DNA of 44,635 bases from Octopus bimaculoides (taxonomy: Eukaryota), in NCBI RefSeq assembly GCF_001194135.2, contig NC_068987.1, forward strand, positions 51,646,567 through 51,691,201, given 5' to 3'. The notes below the pieces were generated by a model. The model ran no database searches and was not told where the DNA came from. It saw nothing but the letters and a program-made list of their open reading frames with translations. Below are positions 1 through 11,763 of the stretch, piece after piece. Positions within the stretch are counted from its first letter, which is position 1. Every line of letters begins with the position of its first letter. Position numbers and translations under genes: made by a program.

Positions 1-47
1 TATATATATATAGATCGATAAATAGATAGATAGATAGATAGATAGAT
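1..47. repeat. (TA)n/(GATA)n microsatellite
   Basis: Direct reading: tatatata...gatagatagata. Confidence 0.95.
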
Positions 48-85
48 AAATGGAATTAAACGTAAATATTATTCAAATCTGTTTA

Positions 86-174
86 CTTCCGACATATGTT
101 TCGAAGAAAACATTGGTATTATTCCAGAAGAAATAAAATGGTGTAAAACAATGCAATCTTCTGATCATGGAAAC
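86..174 (-). ncRNA. Degenerate type-I hammerhead ribozyme motif (left arm, minus strand)
   Basis: Minus strand reads GTTTCC-ATGATCA-GAAG...CTTC-GAAA-C-ATAT-G-TC-GGAAG. The stems are intact and the core has two mismatches to CTGATGA. Confidence 0.55.
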
Positions 175-643
175 AAATAAATCAAACACATCAATAAGAC
201 ATTTTTAAAGAATGTGATGACTGCGTATATGTTGAAGGGGACGCTAGCAAATTTGTATTAAAAATTGTTTGTAGATACTTCGTCAAGGTAGTTTATAGAA
301 AGCGGAGGAGAAAGAAAGAAATTAGCAGAGAACTAATAGTGGAGTGATAACTGATTTCTACCATTCTATAAAATTCCACTTCTGACTGTCTTGTTACATC
401 TCACTTCCACTAAATATATCTACTTCCATACCTTTAAGCTTTATTCTAATTTACCAATCGCTCTGCACTCTCCAATATTAGTTTTCTGTTAATGTCTTTC
501 CTTCCCCCCCCCTCCTCGTTCTATGAACTACCTTGATGTTGTATCTACTAAGGTTTTTTTTTTAAACTTGCTAGCGTTCCCTTCATCATATACGCAGTCA
601 TCGCATTCTGTAAAAATGTGTTATTGATGTATTAGGTTCCATT

Positions 644-732
644 CTTTCTCTAATGAGAAGATTGAATTGTTTTACACCATTTTATTCCTTCTGGAATAAT
701 ACCAATGTTTTCTTCGAAACATATGTCGGAAG
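644..732 (+). ncRNA. Degenerate type-I hammerhead ribozyme motif (right arm)
   Basis: Stem I TTTCT(645-649)/GGAAG(728-732); core CTAATGA (650-656, one mismatch to CTGATGA); stem II GAAGA(657-661)/TCTTC(711-715); GAAA (716-719); palindromic stem III C-ATAT-G; GTC cleavage triplet (725-727). Confidence 0.6.
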
Positions 733-910
733 TAAAAAGCTTTAAATAATACTTGCGTTTAACTTCATTTATTTATATTATTTAAGAACATTTCACCTAA
801 ACCTGGAGTTTTTACCTTTATAAGTAGGCTGTCACATCCTTGGTATCTGTGTGAAATTTTGCTACCCTATTAAGTATTTAATTTTTCCGCGTTATTTGTA
901 AACGCTGAAA

Positions 911-1097
911 ACACATACACACACACATATATATATATACATATGTGTGTGTGTGTGTATGTGTGTTTGTGTTTGTGTGCGTGCGTGCGTGTGTGTGTGN
1001 NNNNNNNNNTATATATATATATATATATACATATGTGTGTGTGTGTGTATGTGTGTTTGTGTTTGTGTGCGTGCGTGCGTGTGTGTGTGTGTGTGTA
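911..1097. repeat. Compound (CA)/(TA)/(TG) microsatellite, duplicated on both sides of a 10-N gap
   Basis: About 50 bp are identical on each side of the gap at 980-989, which is probably an assembly overlap. Confidence 0.9.
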
Positions 1098-1395
1098 GAC
1101 ATGAGTGTAACTATGTATGTCTATGCTAAAGTAAATCGCAGTTTAATAAAACATAAGTTATGAACTTAAAACTCGTCATTGTAGTAACTAAATTATATAT
1201 TGCGTAACAACCAATTATAACAAGCTTTACATCATTATCCTGGAAATATGTCTCGAATCAACGTTCGAAATGTTATAGATAAGATATCAGTTGTTATAAT
1301 TGCACGTATGCAATGAAATGCTACTTAACAAATCAATTATTGAATATTTAGTATTATATAAGATATGCAATTATAATGATATACAGACACGTACA

Positions 1396-1440
1396 CTATG
1401 GTAGACTGAACTATGGTAGACTGAACTATAGTAGACTGAA
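1396..1440 (+). repeat. 15-bp tandem repeat, three copies (CTATGGTAGACTGAA)
   Basis: Units at 1396, 1411 and 1426; the third has one substitution. Confidence 0.9.
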
Positions 1441-1779
1441 TTCTGATTTCAAATCATGCAAAGTATGTCTTATGTAGATGAAGAGATCATTAAATATCTA
1501 AGAAATTCCTGAATATCAGAAGACGAATCAGTCACGAATCACAAACTGTTAACATGAACACATATATGATAACAGCGACATATATAGGCATACATATATA
1601 TGTGTGAATGTTTTGAACACAGCGTGTTCCAGTTTAATGGACGTCATATATGACAGTGAAATATTCCACGCTACACTCGCACGCACGCACACACACATTC
1701 ATGTGCCCTTATGCATACATGCTTATATGTATATAAACATATTTGTGCAGAAATGTTCCTGCAATGTATAAATATATAT

Positions 1780-2290
1780 GTATGTCGTGAAGCTTAGAAT
1801 TTCTACTAATCTTAATACTACTCACAACACCAACTATAATAACGAACCTAACACCGGTTTCTCACTAAATAGCAATCCCTTCAAAAGTTCATCCGGACTA
1901 CCCCCTGCAAAACCTGTGCAGCTTCAGACTCCCACCTTCCTGTCTTTAGATAACCACCGTCTCACAAAAAAACAATGTCGATTATAAGCGTACGATATCA
2001 ACTGCCAACTGTAACTACATATATATCGGCTCATGTAGCACCACCTAAAAAGCCAGACTGAACAACCTCTACTCCAATTTCAAGTTCCAAACAAACTTCA
2101 ACAGTTCATCATTATTTCAGCTTATCAATAGACTCCTTACACTCTCAAGTGGTCCATAGTCACCCACACCTAGCTATACAGCAGGTATAATAACAAGTGT
2201 GATCTCTGCATAACTTAGGTCTTAGTTATTTTGCAATCCTAAATCGTCTTCATGAACGCAGCAATATAATATTTACCTGCAAACATCGAT
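1780..2290 (+). mobile_element. Penelope-like element (Neptune-type) remnant covering the GIY-YIG endonuclease and C-terminus
   Basis: Frameshifted translation CSFRLPPSC/LDNH..VDYKRTISTANCNYIYIGSCSTT*KARLNN..YNNKCDLCIT..NRLHERSNIIFTCKHR. This matches the CxC-x-CPL, YIG, CxLC and C-terminal S/TKCRH pattern of PLEs. Confidence 0.75.
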
Positions 2291-2895
2291 CACTAAATCT
2301 ATTCTCAAAATACAAATAACAACTCCACACCTCCTTGCATTCAACCTTTGTAAATTTGTCCTCGTATCTACCCTCGCTACCACTATAATTTACATACTTC
2401 TCTCTGTATTTTTCCTTATCATTAAAAAGAAAGAATTTCTCTTATTTCACCTGTCTCTCCCTCCTACCCCTCCCTTCGTAAAATTACAAGTACATGCGCC
2501 AACATACACCTCAACTACTTCATACTATAAACACGTACACAACACACAATATACATTCCTCCAATGAAAACCATTAGAAGCCGTCGCACTTCTTCCCCTT
2601 CCTCTCTTGTTTTCTTCATGCATAGACATTTTTCTCCCCCTTGACCCAAAACATTTTCCCACCTTCTTTCCTCCACGTTATCTTTTCCTGAAATATAACT
2701 CCCCTTACTAATTTCCTTGATTCGGCCAAAGCAGCCCCATTAAATACTACCGGTCAAAAGGCTTTGATTAAATTCCTCATTCGTCTCACTCCCTTATATT
2801 TTTCTTTATTCCTTATATTTTTCTTTATTCCTTCTAATTCTTATTTCTCTCTATATTTATATTCTCCTCTCCTACTGTGCTCTCTACGTATTTTG

Positions 2896-2897
<2 letters not shown>

Positions 2898-2949
<52 letters not shown>

Positions 2950-3025
2950 ATTATGTATGTAAGCATATATGTATGTATGTATTTATATGTGTGTGTGTGT
3001 GTGTATGTGTAGGCGCGCGCGCGCA
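2898..3025. repeat. (GATA)n + (TATG)/(TG)/(CG) compound microsatellite
   Basis: Direct reading. Confidence 0.95.
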
Positions 3026-3959
3026 CGTTTGCACTGAGATATGAATAAAAACTATTTCTTCTATAAATAATTGAGCACGTTTTGCAATATTGCGCAATTC
3101 AAACTTCCAGCTGCTGCTTGTTATTCAAGAAAATGTTTTATGAAAGTAACAGATGGTATGAAACATCACCAAGGACCACGGGAGAAAGAAAATAGGAAAA
3201 AGGATGACAGCTCTTTTGTACAAGAATCAGATAACAGCGCTAGAAATGATTTACTGTGTTCTGATCATGCTTATACACTAAGAATGACACCTGCTGCGTC
3301 AATGCAGAAATCAATATAACAGTTTCTTTTTCTCATACAGTTAAGCTAGGAAGGATGTATTTGATGCCACCAATGCATACGTCTATCAAAGATATTTTTG
3401 TACGGAGTGATATATTTGAGGATAAAGAGGAAATGTGTATTATGAGAAATTAACAGAGTAGGAAGAATACATGTAGAAGGAAGCCAGATATTAAATGAAT
3501 GAATATCTGTCCTCTTTTTTTATGCATTGAAACTATGTCATATTCTTTGAATTTCCTCTTCTATCTTAATTTGTCATACAGTAACATACCCTTTACTGAT
3601 ATACGAAATGATACATCTTTATTCGTAGAAAAGTTGTAACATTTCTGCTGAAATCGACAGTATATAAAATACACAAACACACACACGTACACGCTCAGAA
3701 GCATTAGACGCGGAATATACACGCATGCACGTGTCTAATCCTTTATGTATTCGATATAAATATTTACTCATTATTGTTATAATAATTGATTAGTAAGTAC
3801 TTTGGTGCGTGATTAAAAACTACTAAGTCTCAGATTTCACACTGATACCTGTGGTAATCTAGAAGAAGTTAAATAGTTCTTTTTACAAGGCGTCACTTTT
3901 GGCAACTCTGTTTTCAACCCATTATTACATGTCAATTTGAGAGTGTGGAGACTAGCCTG

Positions 3960-3970
3960 CATATACGCAA

Positions 3971-4041
<71 letters not shown>

Positions 4042-4080
4042 AACACGCACATATATGTATATGAATATGTGTATATATAG
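3960..4080. repeat. (CA)n microsatellite
   Basis: Direct reading. Confidence 0.95.
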
Positions 4081-4539
4081 GAGCACACAAACATACAAAC
4101 ATGAACAAAGATGTAAATCAGGCAAATCACTGCATTTGATATAAAGAGATGATAACCAATGGCTAGAAGGACACGGAATAAAGATAGTAGATCTAGTAAG
4201 AAGGGTTTCATCTCAGTGAAGAGGGGTAGCGGTACGTAATAACGCCGTCGAAAAGATGACTCCAAAATGGCACGAATTCTCTCCTGTAATCCGTTACTTG
4301 CAAATATTACAGAATACAAGATGAAAAATCATCAATTTAACTTGTATTGTATACTTTCCTTCGTTTGTGTTAAATATGTTGCCTTTAAAGATTGATTTTG
4401 TATACTATGGAACGGTATACAGAAAGGGCGAACTTGAAGTTACTGAAAGCTGATAACCTGTTGGAGCTGAACAACGTGTTATTAAATTGAGCTCTTACTG
4501 TGAATTTATTCGATGATGAGTATTGAACACCACTGTATA

Positions 4540-4555
4540 TGTGTGAGTATGTGTT

Positions 4556-4594
<39 letters not shown>

Positions 4595-4651
4595 NNNNNN
4601 NNNNNNNNNNNNNNNNNNNNNNNNNNNNNNNNNNNNNNNNNNNNNNNNNNN

Positions 4652-4705
<54 letters not shown>
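4540..4705. repeat. (TG)/(TA)n - gap - (GA)n microsatellite
   Basis: Direct reading. Confidence 0.9.
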
Positions 4706-5344
4706 GGAGATCCACAATTTAGGTTAGTTGAAATTTGTATGTTTGTCACATATTTCAATTGCTAAAGGCAAATACACTGCAGTTACCGTGGAGAAGAACT
4801 TTCTCTCATGGTAAAGATGTGTGAAAACATCTCGTTCGTTCAGTGTCGCCCATTCTTGAGAATCTCAGACATAGATGTATCGAGTTTATTGACTCTTGTC
4901 GATGAGATGTACATAACAGATGATTGTTTATTACGGTAATTATCTATCGTAATATAATTATATAGGACGTCACAGACAAATAGTACGTTTATGAGTTCTT
5001 TTTAAAGTGTTTTTAAAGATATGATGACGAACGTTATATTTTAAAAATTTACAAGTTGTACAAGTTTACCCTTGACCATGAAGCCCAGCGGTTACACCAT
5101 ACTTTTCTATAATTGATAGATTAAGTAGGGTCATTCATACCCAACTTCTTTGCCACTCCCTTCCATCTTCTCCCAATATACTTCGTGACAGATGTCTCTT
5201 CCCCAGCCCTATCTTGTTCTTCGGCTGATATCTGAAGTAATATAGCATACGAAGAAAATTTCCGTCACGACTCCTTTCATTCTAGTTTTCAATATACACT
5301 CTTTCAATACTGCGACTGTGCATGAAAAACGATGCCTCACCTTC

Positions 5345-6780
5345 CTTTCATAGTCTGGGTGGCGGTACAGTCTCGATCATGAACCCAGAAGATAGCTGTA
5401 TTCTTCCTAGATGAGACAGCACCTGTTCTACGTAAATTGTCATGCCCGAAATCTCCTGGCACTGTACAAGAGGTTTCATCGTCCTGTCTGCACCTTGGGC
5501 ATGCCAGTGGCACAGAATTCCATGCCTAGACAACTTGTGGCGAACTGTTAACGCACTCCTATAGCGCTGCTAAGTCAGGGATTTCTAGTAGTTATCCAGG
5601 TACCCTGGCCTCAAAGTCCTTTGAAGCAGCATGGCTAGCTGGCCCTCATCGATTCACGGACCTTCTCCTAGGACGTCATCCCTCTTAAACTCTACCAGTC
5701 CTCTATAGAATATCGAGGTGGTATTCCTGCTGCCGTCCTTGCACGCCTTATGCCTGTCGACACTCCTTTTGCCACTCAGTCGTGTTACGTCTTTTGATGA
5801 AGTCGTGTTTGAGTTCTCCAAAGAGGCCAGTCGTGGAAAGAATTCCTCCGCCAACGAATTTCTCACTTGGTCACCACCCGGATAGGGCCAGAGTTGCTTT
5901 AGCTTCAGCGCATGACTGCACAGCATTAGCCACGGCATCCCTAACCCACTCTTTAGCGGTTCTTGGCAGAAAACAGAGTGCCTTACAAGCAAATTTTCTC
6001 CCCTCCACAAAAAGCGGAAGAAAAGACGTGCCAACTAGCTAAGTCATGTATCAGAGCAAGTAGGTGGTAACAGATGCAATATACAGCTGCACCACCTCCC
6101 CCTCCCTTTCAGGGATAGCGCCCTTGCAGACAAGGTCCAGATTAGGACCTATCTTCTACCTCACTCCAATTCTCCTTCGTCTGGTAATCCTGTCCAAACC
6201 AGACTCCAAGCAACTTAACAAGACCATCTGTCCAGCGCCCCAGGACACTGGATGTTATCGTCTAGCTACTCCAGGTGCGGAGCCACAATCCAATGGACTT
6301 TTCCTTGTTTACTTTTACCCCTGCCACCGCCTCGTATCCTTTGATTGCATTCTCTACACAAGGTAGCTGAGCTTTATCGGTCACGGTGATGTTGACGTCA
6401 TCCGCATATGCAGAAACAGACTTACAACATCTCAATTCTTTGGGGATACCCCCAAACTCTCCAGCCTCCGCAATGGCTCAAGAGCTAGTACACACATACG
6501 TGGAGACAGCGGTCATCCCTGATTAATCGAGCGCTCGATCCTAAGCGACTCCGACAGGTAACCGTTTATCTCGATTGTGCCTCCATAAATGGCAGTGATC
6601 CAACCACGGAAATCTGGGCCTAGCCCAGCTGCCTCGAGTACCGCCGCCAGGTATTTGTGGTCTACCCAAGCAAAAGCTCTACTCTGGTCTAAATGGACCA
6701 GTGTCCCACCTATACCGGATAAATTTCTCACCCTCTCTAAGGTGGCTTGTCTGTTTTCCTATGTGTTCATTCTGTTGTCC
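5345..6780 (-). mobile_element. L1/Tx1-clade LINE fragment covering the ORF2 reverse transcriptase and post-RT region, decayed
   Basis: GGTLVHLDQSRAFAWVDHKYLAAVLEAAGLGPDFRGWITAIY..INGYLSESLRIERSINQG resembles the Tx1 LDQEKAFDRVDH..RQG motif. AYADDVNITVT occurs at ~6380-6410, and LFFRFLWRGENLLVRHSVFCQEPLKSGLGMP follows. There are multiple stops and frameshifts. Confidence 0.9.
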
Positions 6781-7618
6781 GTAAATTTGTATATATATAT
6801 ATATATATATNNNNNNNNNNNNNNNNNNNNNNNNNNNNNNNNNNNNNNNNNNNNNNNNNNNNNNNNNNNNNNNNNNNNNNNNNNNNNNNNNNNNNNNNNN
6901 NNNNNNNNNNNNNNNNNNNNNNNNNNNNNNNNNNNNNNNNNNNNNNNNNNNNNNNNNNNNNNNNNNNNNNNNNNNNNNNNNNNNNNNNNNNNNNNNNNNN
7001 NNNNNNNNNNNNNNNNNNNNNNNNNNNNNNNNNNNNNNNNNNNNNNNNNNNNNNNNNNNNNNNNNNNNNNNNNNNNNNNNNNNNNNNNNNNNNNNNNNNN
7101 NNNNNNNNNNNNNNNNNNNNNNNNNNNNNNNNNNNNNNNNNNNNNNNNNNNNNNNNNNNNNNNNNNNNNNNNNNNNNNNNNNNNNNNNNNNNNNNNNNNN
7201 NNNNNNNNNNNNNNNNNNNNNNNNNNNNNNNNNNNNNNNNNNNNNNNNNNNNNNNNNNNNNNNNNNNNNNNNNNNNNNNNNNNNNNNNNNNNNNNNNNNN
7301 NNNNNNNNNNNNNNNNNNNNNNNNNNNNNNNNNNNNNNNNNNNNNNNNNNNNNNNNNNNNNNNNNNNNNNNNNNNNNNNNNNNNNNNNNNNNNNNNNNNN
7401 NNNNNNNNNNNNNNNNNNNNNNNNNNNNNNNNNNNNNNNNNNNNNNNNNNNNNNNNNNNNNNNNNNNNNNNNNNNNNNNNNNNNNNNNNNNNNNNNNNNN
7501 NNNNNNNNNNNNNNNNNNNNNNNNNNNNNNNNNNNNNNNNNNNNNNNNNNNNNNNNNNNNNNNNNNNNNNNNNNNNNNNNNNNNNNNNNNNNNNNNNNNN
7601 NNNNCCGTAAACGCTTTC

Positions 7619-7623
7619 TTTAC

Positions 7624-7693
<70 letters not shown>

Positions 7694-7800
7694 GTCTATC
7701 TGTCTGTCTATCTGTTTGTCTGACTATCTGTCTATCTGTCTGTCTGTCTGTCTGTCTGTCTATATATCTATGTATCTATCTATCTATGTATCTATCTACG

Positions 7801-7836
<36 letters not shown>

Positions 7837-7870
7837 AACATATCTACCTACTTATATTTATATCTATCTA
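7619..7870. repeat. (TATC)n/(TGTC)n microsatellite
   Basis: Direct reading. Confidence 0.95.
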
Positions 7871-8064
7871 TCACTATTGTCAGTAGAACCTCATCCCCAA
7901 AAAATGCAAAAACAATGTTCTCTTCTTGTAAAGAAAAGCCCTCAAATCTTCTGTTTTATATAAATGAACAACCTGTTTGTACATTAACAAAATTTTATTT
8001 GACAATTTCGAGAAATGAACGAAACCCCTTGCACTAATGAAAAAATAAACAGATCTTTTCCCAA

Positions 8065-8215
8065 ATTCCATTGGGGTTAGGTTAGTTAGATTCTTAGCTA
8101 TATTTTATCCAGAATGTTGTTGCTTATTCTTCCCAGGTCAGGGCATATGGGGCGTATCGATGGTTTTGTTATGAAGTCTTTCGTATGACTCTTGATGTTG
8201 AAGTGGATTTCGCTT
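8065..8215 (-). mobile_element. Penelope-like RT N-terminal fragment
   Basis: The minus strand gives SEIHFNIKSHTKDFITKPSIRPICPDLGRISNNILDKI..KNLTNLT(QW), resembling the PLE motif AxITLKDHKxNFxxKPxCRLINP..LGRISKxILDKI. Confidence 0.6.
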
Positions 8216-8383
8216 CGCTGTCTCGTGCCTTGGCTTTATTGTTTCATTTTATTTAACATATACACGCCTGCGTTAGTATTCTCATAATATTTTCCAACCG
8301 AGTGTCTAAATACGGTCCTTCTGTGTCACTTATATAGCCTTACCTGCCATTTGGGGTTTTCTGGATACCAAAACCTGTTTCAT

Positions 8384-8444
<61 letters not shown>

Positions 8445-8725
8445 CATACATATGTACATATGTATATANNNNNNNNNNNNNNNNNNNNNNNNNNNNNNNN
8501 NNNNNNNNNNNNNNNNNNNNNNNNNNNNNNNNNNNNNNNNNNNNNNNNNNNNNNNNNNNNNNNNNNNNNNNNNNNNNNNNNNNNNNNNNNNNNNNNNNNN
8601 NNNNNNNNNNNNNNNNNNNNNNNNNNNNNNNNNNNNNNNNNNNNNNNNNNNNNNNNNNNNNNNNNNNNNNNNNNNNNNNNNNATATATATATATTTATAT
8701 ATATGTATATATATATATACATATG

Positions 8726-8756
<31 letters not shown>

Positions 8757-8979
8757 GTATGTATGTATATTTATATGGAAACCGTTCAATCTCATGCCAA
8801 CGTTAAAACGATAACACTTGCAGTATAATCTTTAATATTTTATGACCACATTTTCTAAGTTAATAAACAGTGCAATAAATAATTTGATGTATCCATCGAC
8901 TGAAAGCTACTGGCAGCAGAAATGTCGGATCTGCGTGGATAGTACAAAGACTGAAATTCAAAGATAGATTACATAACAG

Positions 8980-9910
8980 GAATATAAGAATTTAGATATA
9001 CGACGGCTCATAGAGCGTTTCGCCATGCGTGGTTTTAAGATGGACAATTTCAGAAAGATGTTAATCAATCCTTTCTATGAGTTGGAATAAGAAAATTTCT
9101 GATAAACATTAGTGACGATAGTAAATTGCATAGAAAATTTATAAGCACAAATATCAAGGCTTCGAACAACACAATCAAGAATCGATAATCGATAGAAATA
9201 AATAAGAGTTCCAGTTCACCGATAACGGTCATACATCACATTAAGATGGCATTCGCAGATTCATGGAAGGGTTATCCTCAAGCAAAGAAATACTGCATTT
9301 AACAAACTTGAATGAAGATGATGCCCTATATACTAGAACCTCTTCACGTCTACACGAATTGCTTAAAGCAATGAAATGGAAATATACGGAAAATGAAAAA
9401 TATGAAATAGTGTATATATGAATTACATACACACACACGAACGCATGCACACACACATACACACACATATATTGTTTACTTATCATGAGGGCTGAAATGA
9501 TGGCACTCAAGGATATAGGTGAGGGTCTCACCTATACTTAAACAGAGCGCCACCCACAGCTTCAAAAGTACCACAAGATATTTTGCCAAAATTCTCTAAA
9601 GTCAAGCTAAAATTCGATGGGTAACATTGGTTTAAAAATAATTCATATACAGGAGAGATGTTGTATCGCAATGACACAAAATTAAAGATATATATTGGGT
9701 TTCTCCAGCAATTTTAGAGGCCAGTTTTGGAGAGCACATTCATTTTGTTAGATCAATAAATAATTGACACATAATGTAATTAATTTGTAAAAATGGTATA
9801 TGTTTGGAACGGTTAAATTATGAAATAGGTGAGGCTGCTATTGTAATCAATATGATTCTTGCATCTTAATCATTTTATTGTATATCGTGCATGTGAGAAT
9901 TCACGATTGC
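8980..9910 (+). mobile_element. Highly decayed PLE/GIY-YIG-like remnants
   Basis: Fragments in shifting frames: LINPFYEL, GIRKFLINISDDSKLHRKF, RRFMEGLSSSK..TSSRLHELLK..KYEIV and KIYIGF..FGEHIHF. The resemblance is weak and judged by eye. Confidence 0.35.
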
Positions 9911-10491
9911 TTTTCACAACTTCAAATACTGAATTATAAATTACTATAGACAAGTTAAGTACAAGGTGTTTCACCGTCCCAGAAAAAGGATCTGTTGGGC
10001 ACATGGGAAGATAACAAAAAGCAACCGAGCAACAAGGAAAGGTTTTTCTACCAAGCCAAACAAAAACTTGTTTAAGACATTTGCAAGGTATTTCTTTTTT
10101 GGATAGTTTACATTAACATATTAGAATTATTTAACTTTTTAAAACATTATCAGGAGCATTTCAAACTCATATTTAACAGAGCCTCCACCCGTATGAAGAA
10201 TATTTTCTTCCAATTACAATTTTCCCACGATTGCTAGTAATTTACATGTTTTTTTGTTAGAATATGTAAGCCTCAGCGTTGTGTAATATAGAGGCAAGTA
10301 CCTCGAAATGTAATATTTAAGCAAATTCATACAAATTTTGCCTAATGCCCTAATAGATGCTTTTATTATCCACTATACTGAGTATTGTATACCATCTCCT
10401 CATCATAAACGATACGAATACATTATACACATATGTACAACCATCCATCCATCCATCCATTCATCCATACGCACATTGATATATAGATATA

Positions 10492-11763
10492 CAGGGGTTG
10501 GACAAAATAAAGGAAACACCTAGCATCATAACATCATAATTTTGAAATATCTATAAAACCATCAAAAGCTTGCTTATTTATATATTTTTTGATTAAATAT
10601 TAGTCCTTCTTAATATGTTTTGCCAAAATTGCTGTTTCTTTTCATATATCATCAGAAAAAAGGTTGTTGAAATTCATTAGAATACAGATCTATCAGACTT
10701 TCAAAGAGGTCAAATTGTTGGTGCTCGTATGGTAGGCGCTAGTGTAACGAAAACATCCGAAATGTTTGTTGTATCAAGAAGTACTGCCTCGAAAGTAATT
10801 ACAGCCTTTGAGAAAGAGCGATAAACCTCCTCGTCGAAACAAAACTCCAGAAGAAACCAACGCTTTCAGATAGGGACCGTTGGACTCTTACGCGAATTGT
10901 TAGGAAGGATCGCAAGGCTACAGCTCCCAAATTTACTGTGGAGCTTAATGACCACCTCGAGAACCCAGTTTCCACAAAAACTGTTCTCCGGGAGCTGCAC
11001 AAACCGGATTTCACAGAAGGTCTGCAATCACCAAAACACTACTTTCAAAAACAAACGTTGCAAAGCGATTAGAGTGGAGTAAAAACGTACAAAATTGGTG
11101 CCTAGGGCAGTGGAAGAATATTATTTTCTCGGACGAGTCATCCTTTACCTTATTTTCGACCAGCGGCCGAGTATACGTGTGGAGACAGCCAAAAGAAATA
11201 TTTAACCCAGACTGCCTTCTTCCAAGTGTTAAATATGGAGGATGATCTTTGATAAATTGGGGTGGGTTGGGCTATATCTTGAAAATATGCCGGCCCAATG
11301 GTTTCCCTTTATGGTAGAATTAATAGTCAAGACTAAGCATTTTATCTGATCAAATTCTGGTTGCAGAACAGTTTCCGGAGGGAAGCGCAACCTTTCAGGA
11401 TGATATTGCACCAAATTTTCAGGATGATAATGCACAGCTAAAGTTCTTACTGAATGGCACGATGACGATACTAGTGAAGTTGAATATCTTATCTGTCCAC
11501 CACAGACCCCAGATCTCAATATTATTGAACATGTATGGTGCATTTTAGAAAAGCAAATAATGAGTCGATATCTTCCACCATCATCACTACAAGAACTGGA
11601 GACAATTTTAGTTGAAGAATGGACAGAAATTCCTTTGCAAACAATTCAAACTTTGTACCTCGTAGAATTCAAGCTGTGATTACTGGCAAAGGTGGTCCTT
11701 CCCCATATCAAAATATATTTGTTTGAAATTTTAAGATGTTTCTATTATTTTGTCCAACCACTG
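10492..11763 (+). mobile_element. Tc1-family DNA transposon, full length (1272 bp) and inactivated
   Basis: 27-bp TIRs CAGGGGTTGGACAAAATAAAGGAAACA (10492-10518) and TGTTTCTATTATTTTGTCCAACCACTG (11737-11763) match at 24/27 positions. TA flanks both ends and there is an internal transposase pseudogene. Confidence 0.95.
10682..11700 (+). pseudogene. Tc1 DDE transposase pseudogene
   Basis: TDLSDFQRGQIVGARMVGASVTKTSEMF (HTH), IIFSDESSFTLF, FQDDNA, CPPQTPDLNIIEHVW; stops and frameshifts are present. Confidence 0.92.

Larger units (their letters stand above)
48..770. mobile_element. Fold-back element: ~300-bp diverged inverted arms (48-346 and 466-770) around a ~120-bp spacer, probably a derivative of a Penelope-like pseudo-LTR
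   Basis: The arms are reverse complements, e.g. 81-135 gtttacttccgacatatgtttcgaagaaaacattggtattattccagaagaaataaa vs ~682-735 ttattccttctggaataataccaatgttttcttcgaaacatatgtcggaagtaaa. Similarity continues to ggagtg (341-346) / cactc (466-470). The PLE origin is inferred from the embedded hammerhead motif. Confidence 0.8.

Noticed and set aside
878-1163. ORFs made of HT/YI/CV dipeptide runs, here and at ~2841, 4385-4765, 8330-8828, 21098-22494 and 38041-38412
   Set aside because: They are translations of (CA)n/(TA)n/(TG)n microsatellites, not genes.
3071-3319. 82-aa ORF (MSTFCNIAQF..)
   Set aside because: It has a TTG start, no recognisable domain and a length within chance expectation.
6589-8037. 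Long ORFs of 250-480 aa spanning N runs, also at 20124-21129 and 23877-25283
   Set aside because: They appear open only because N codons are translated as X.
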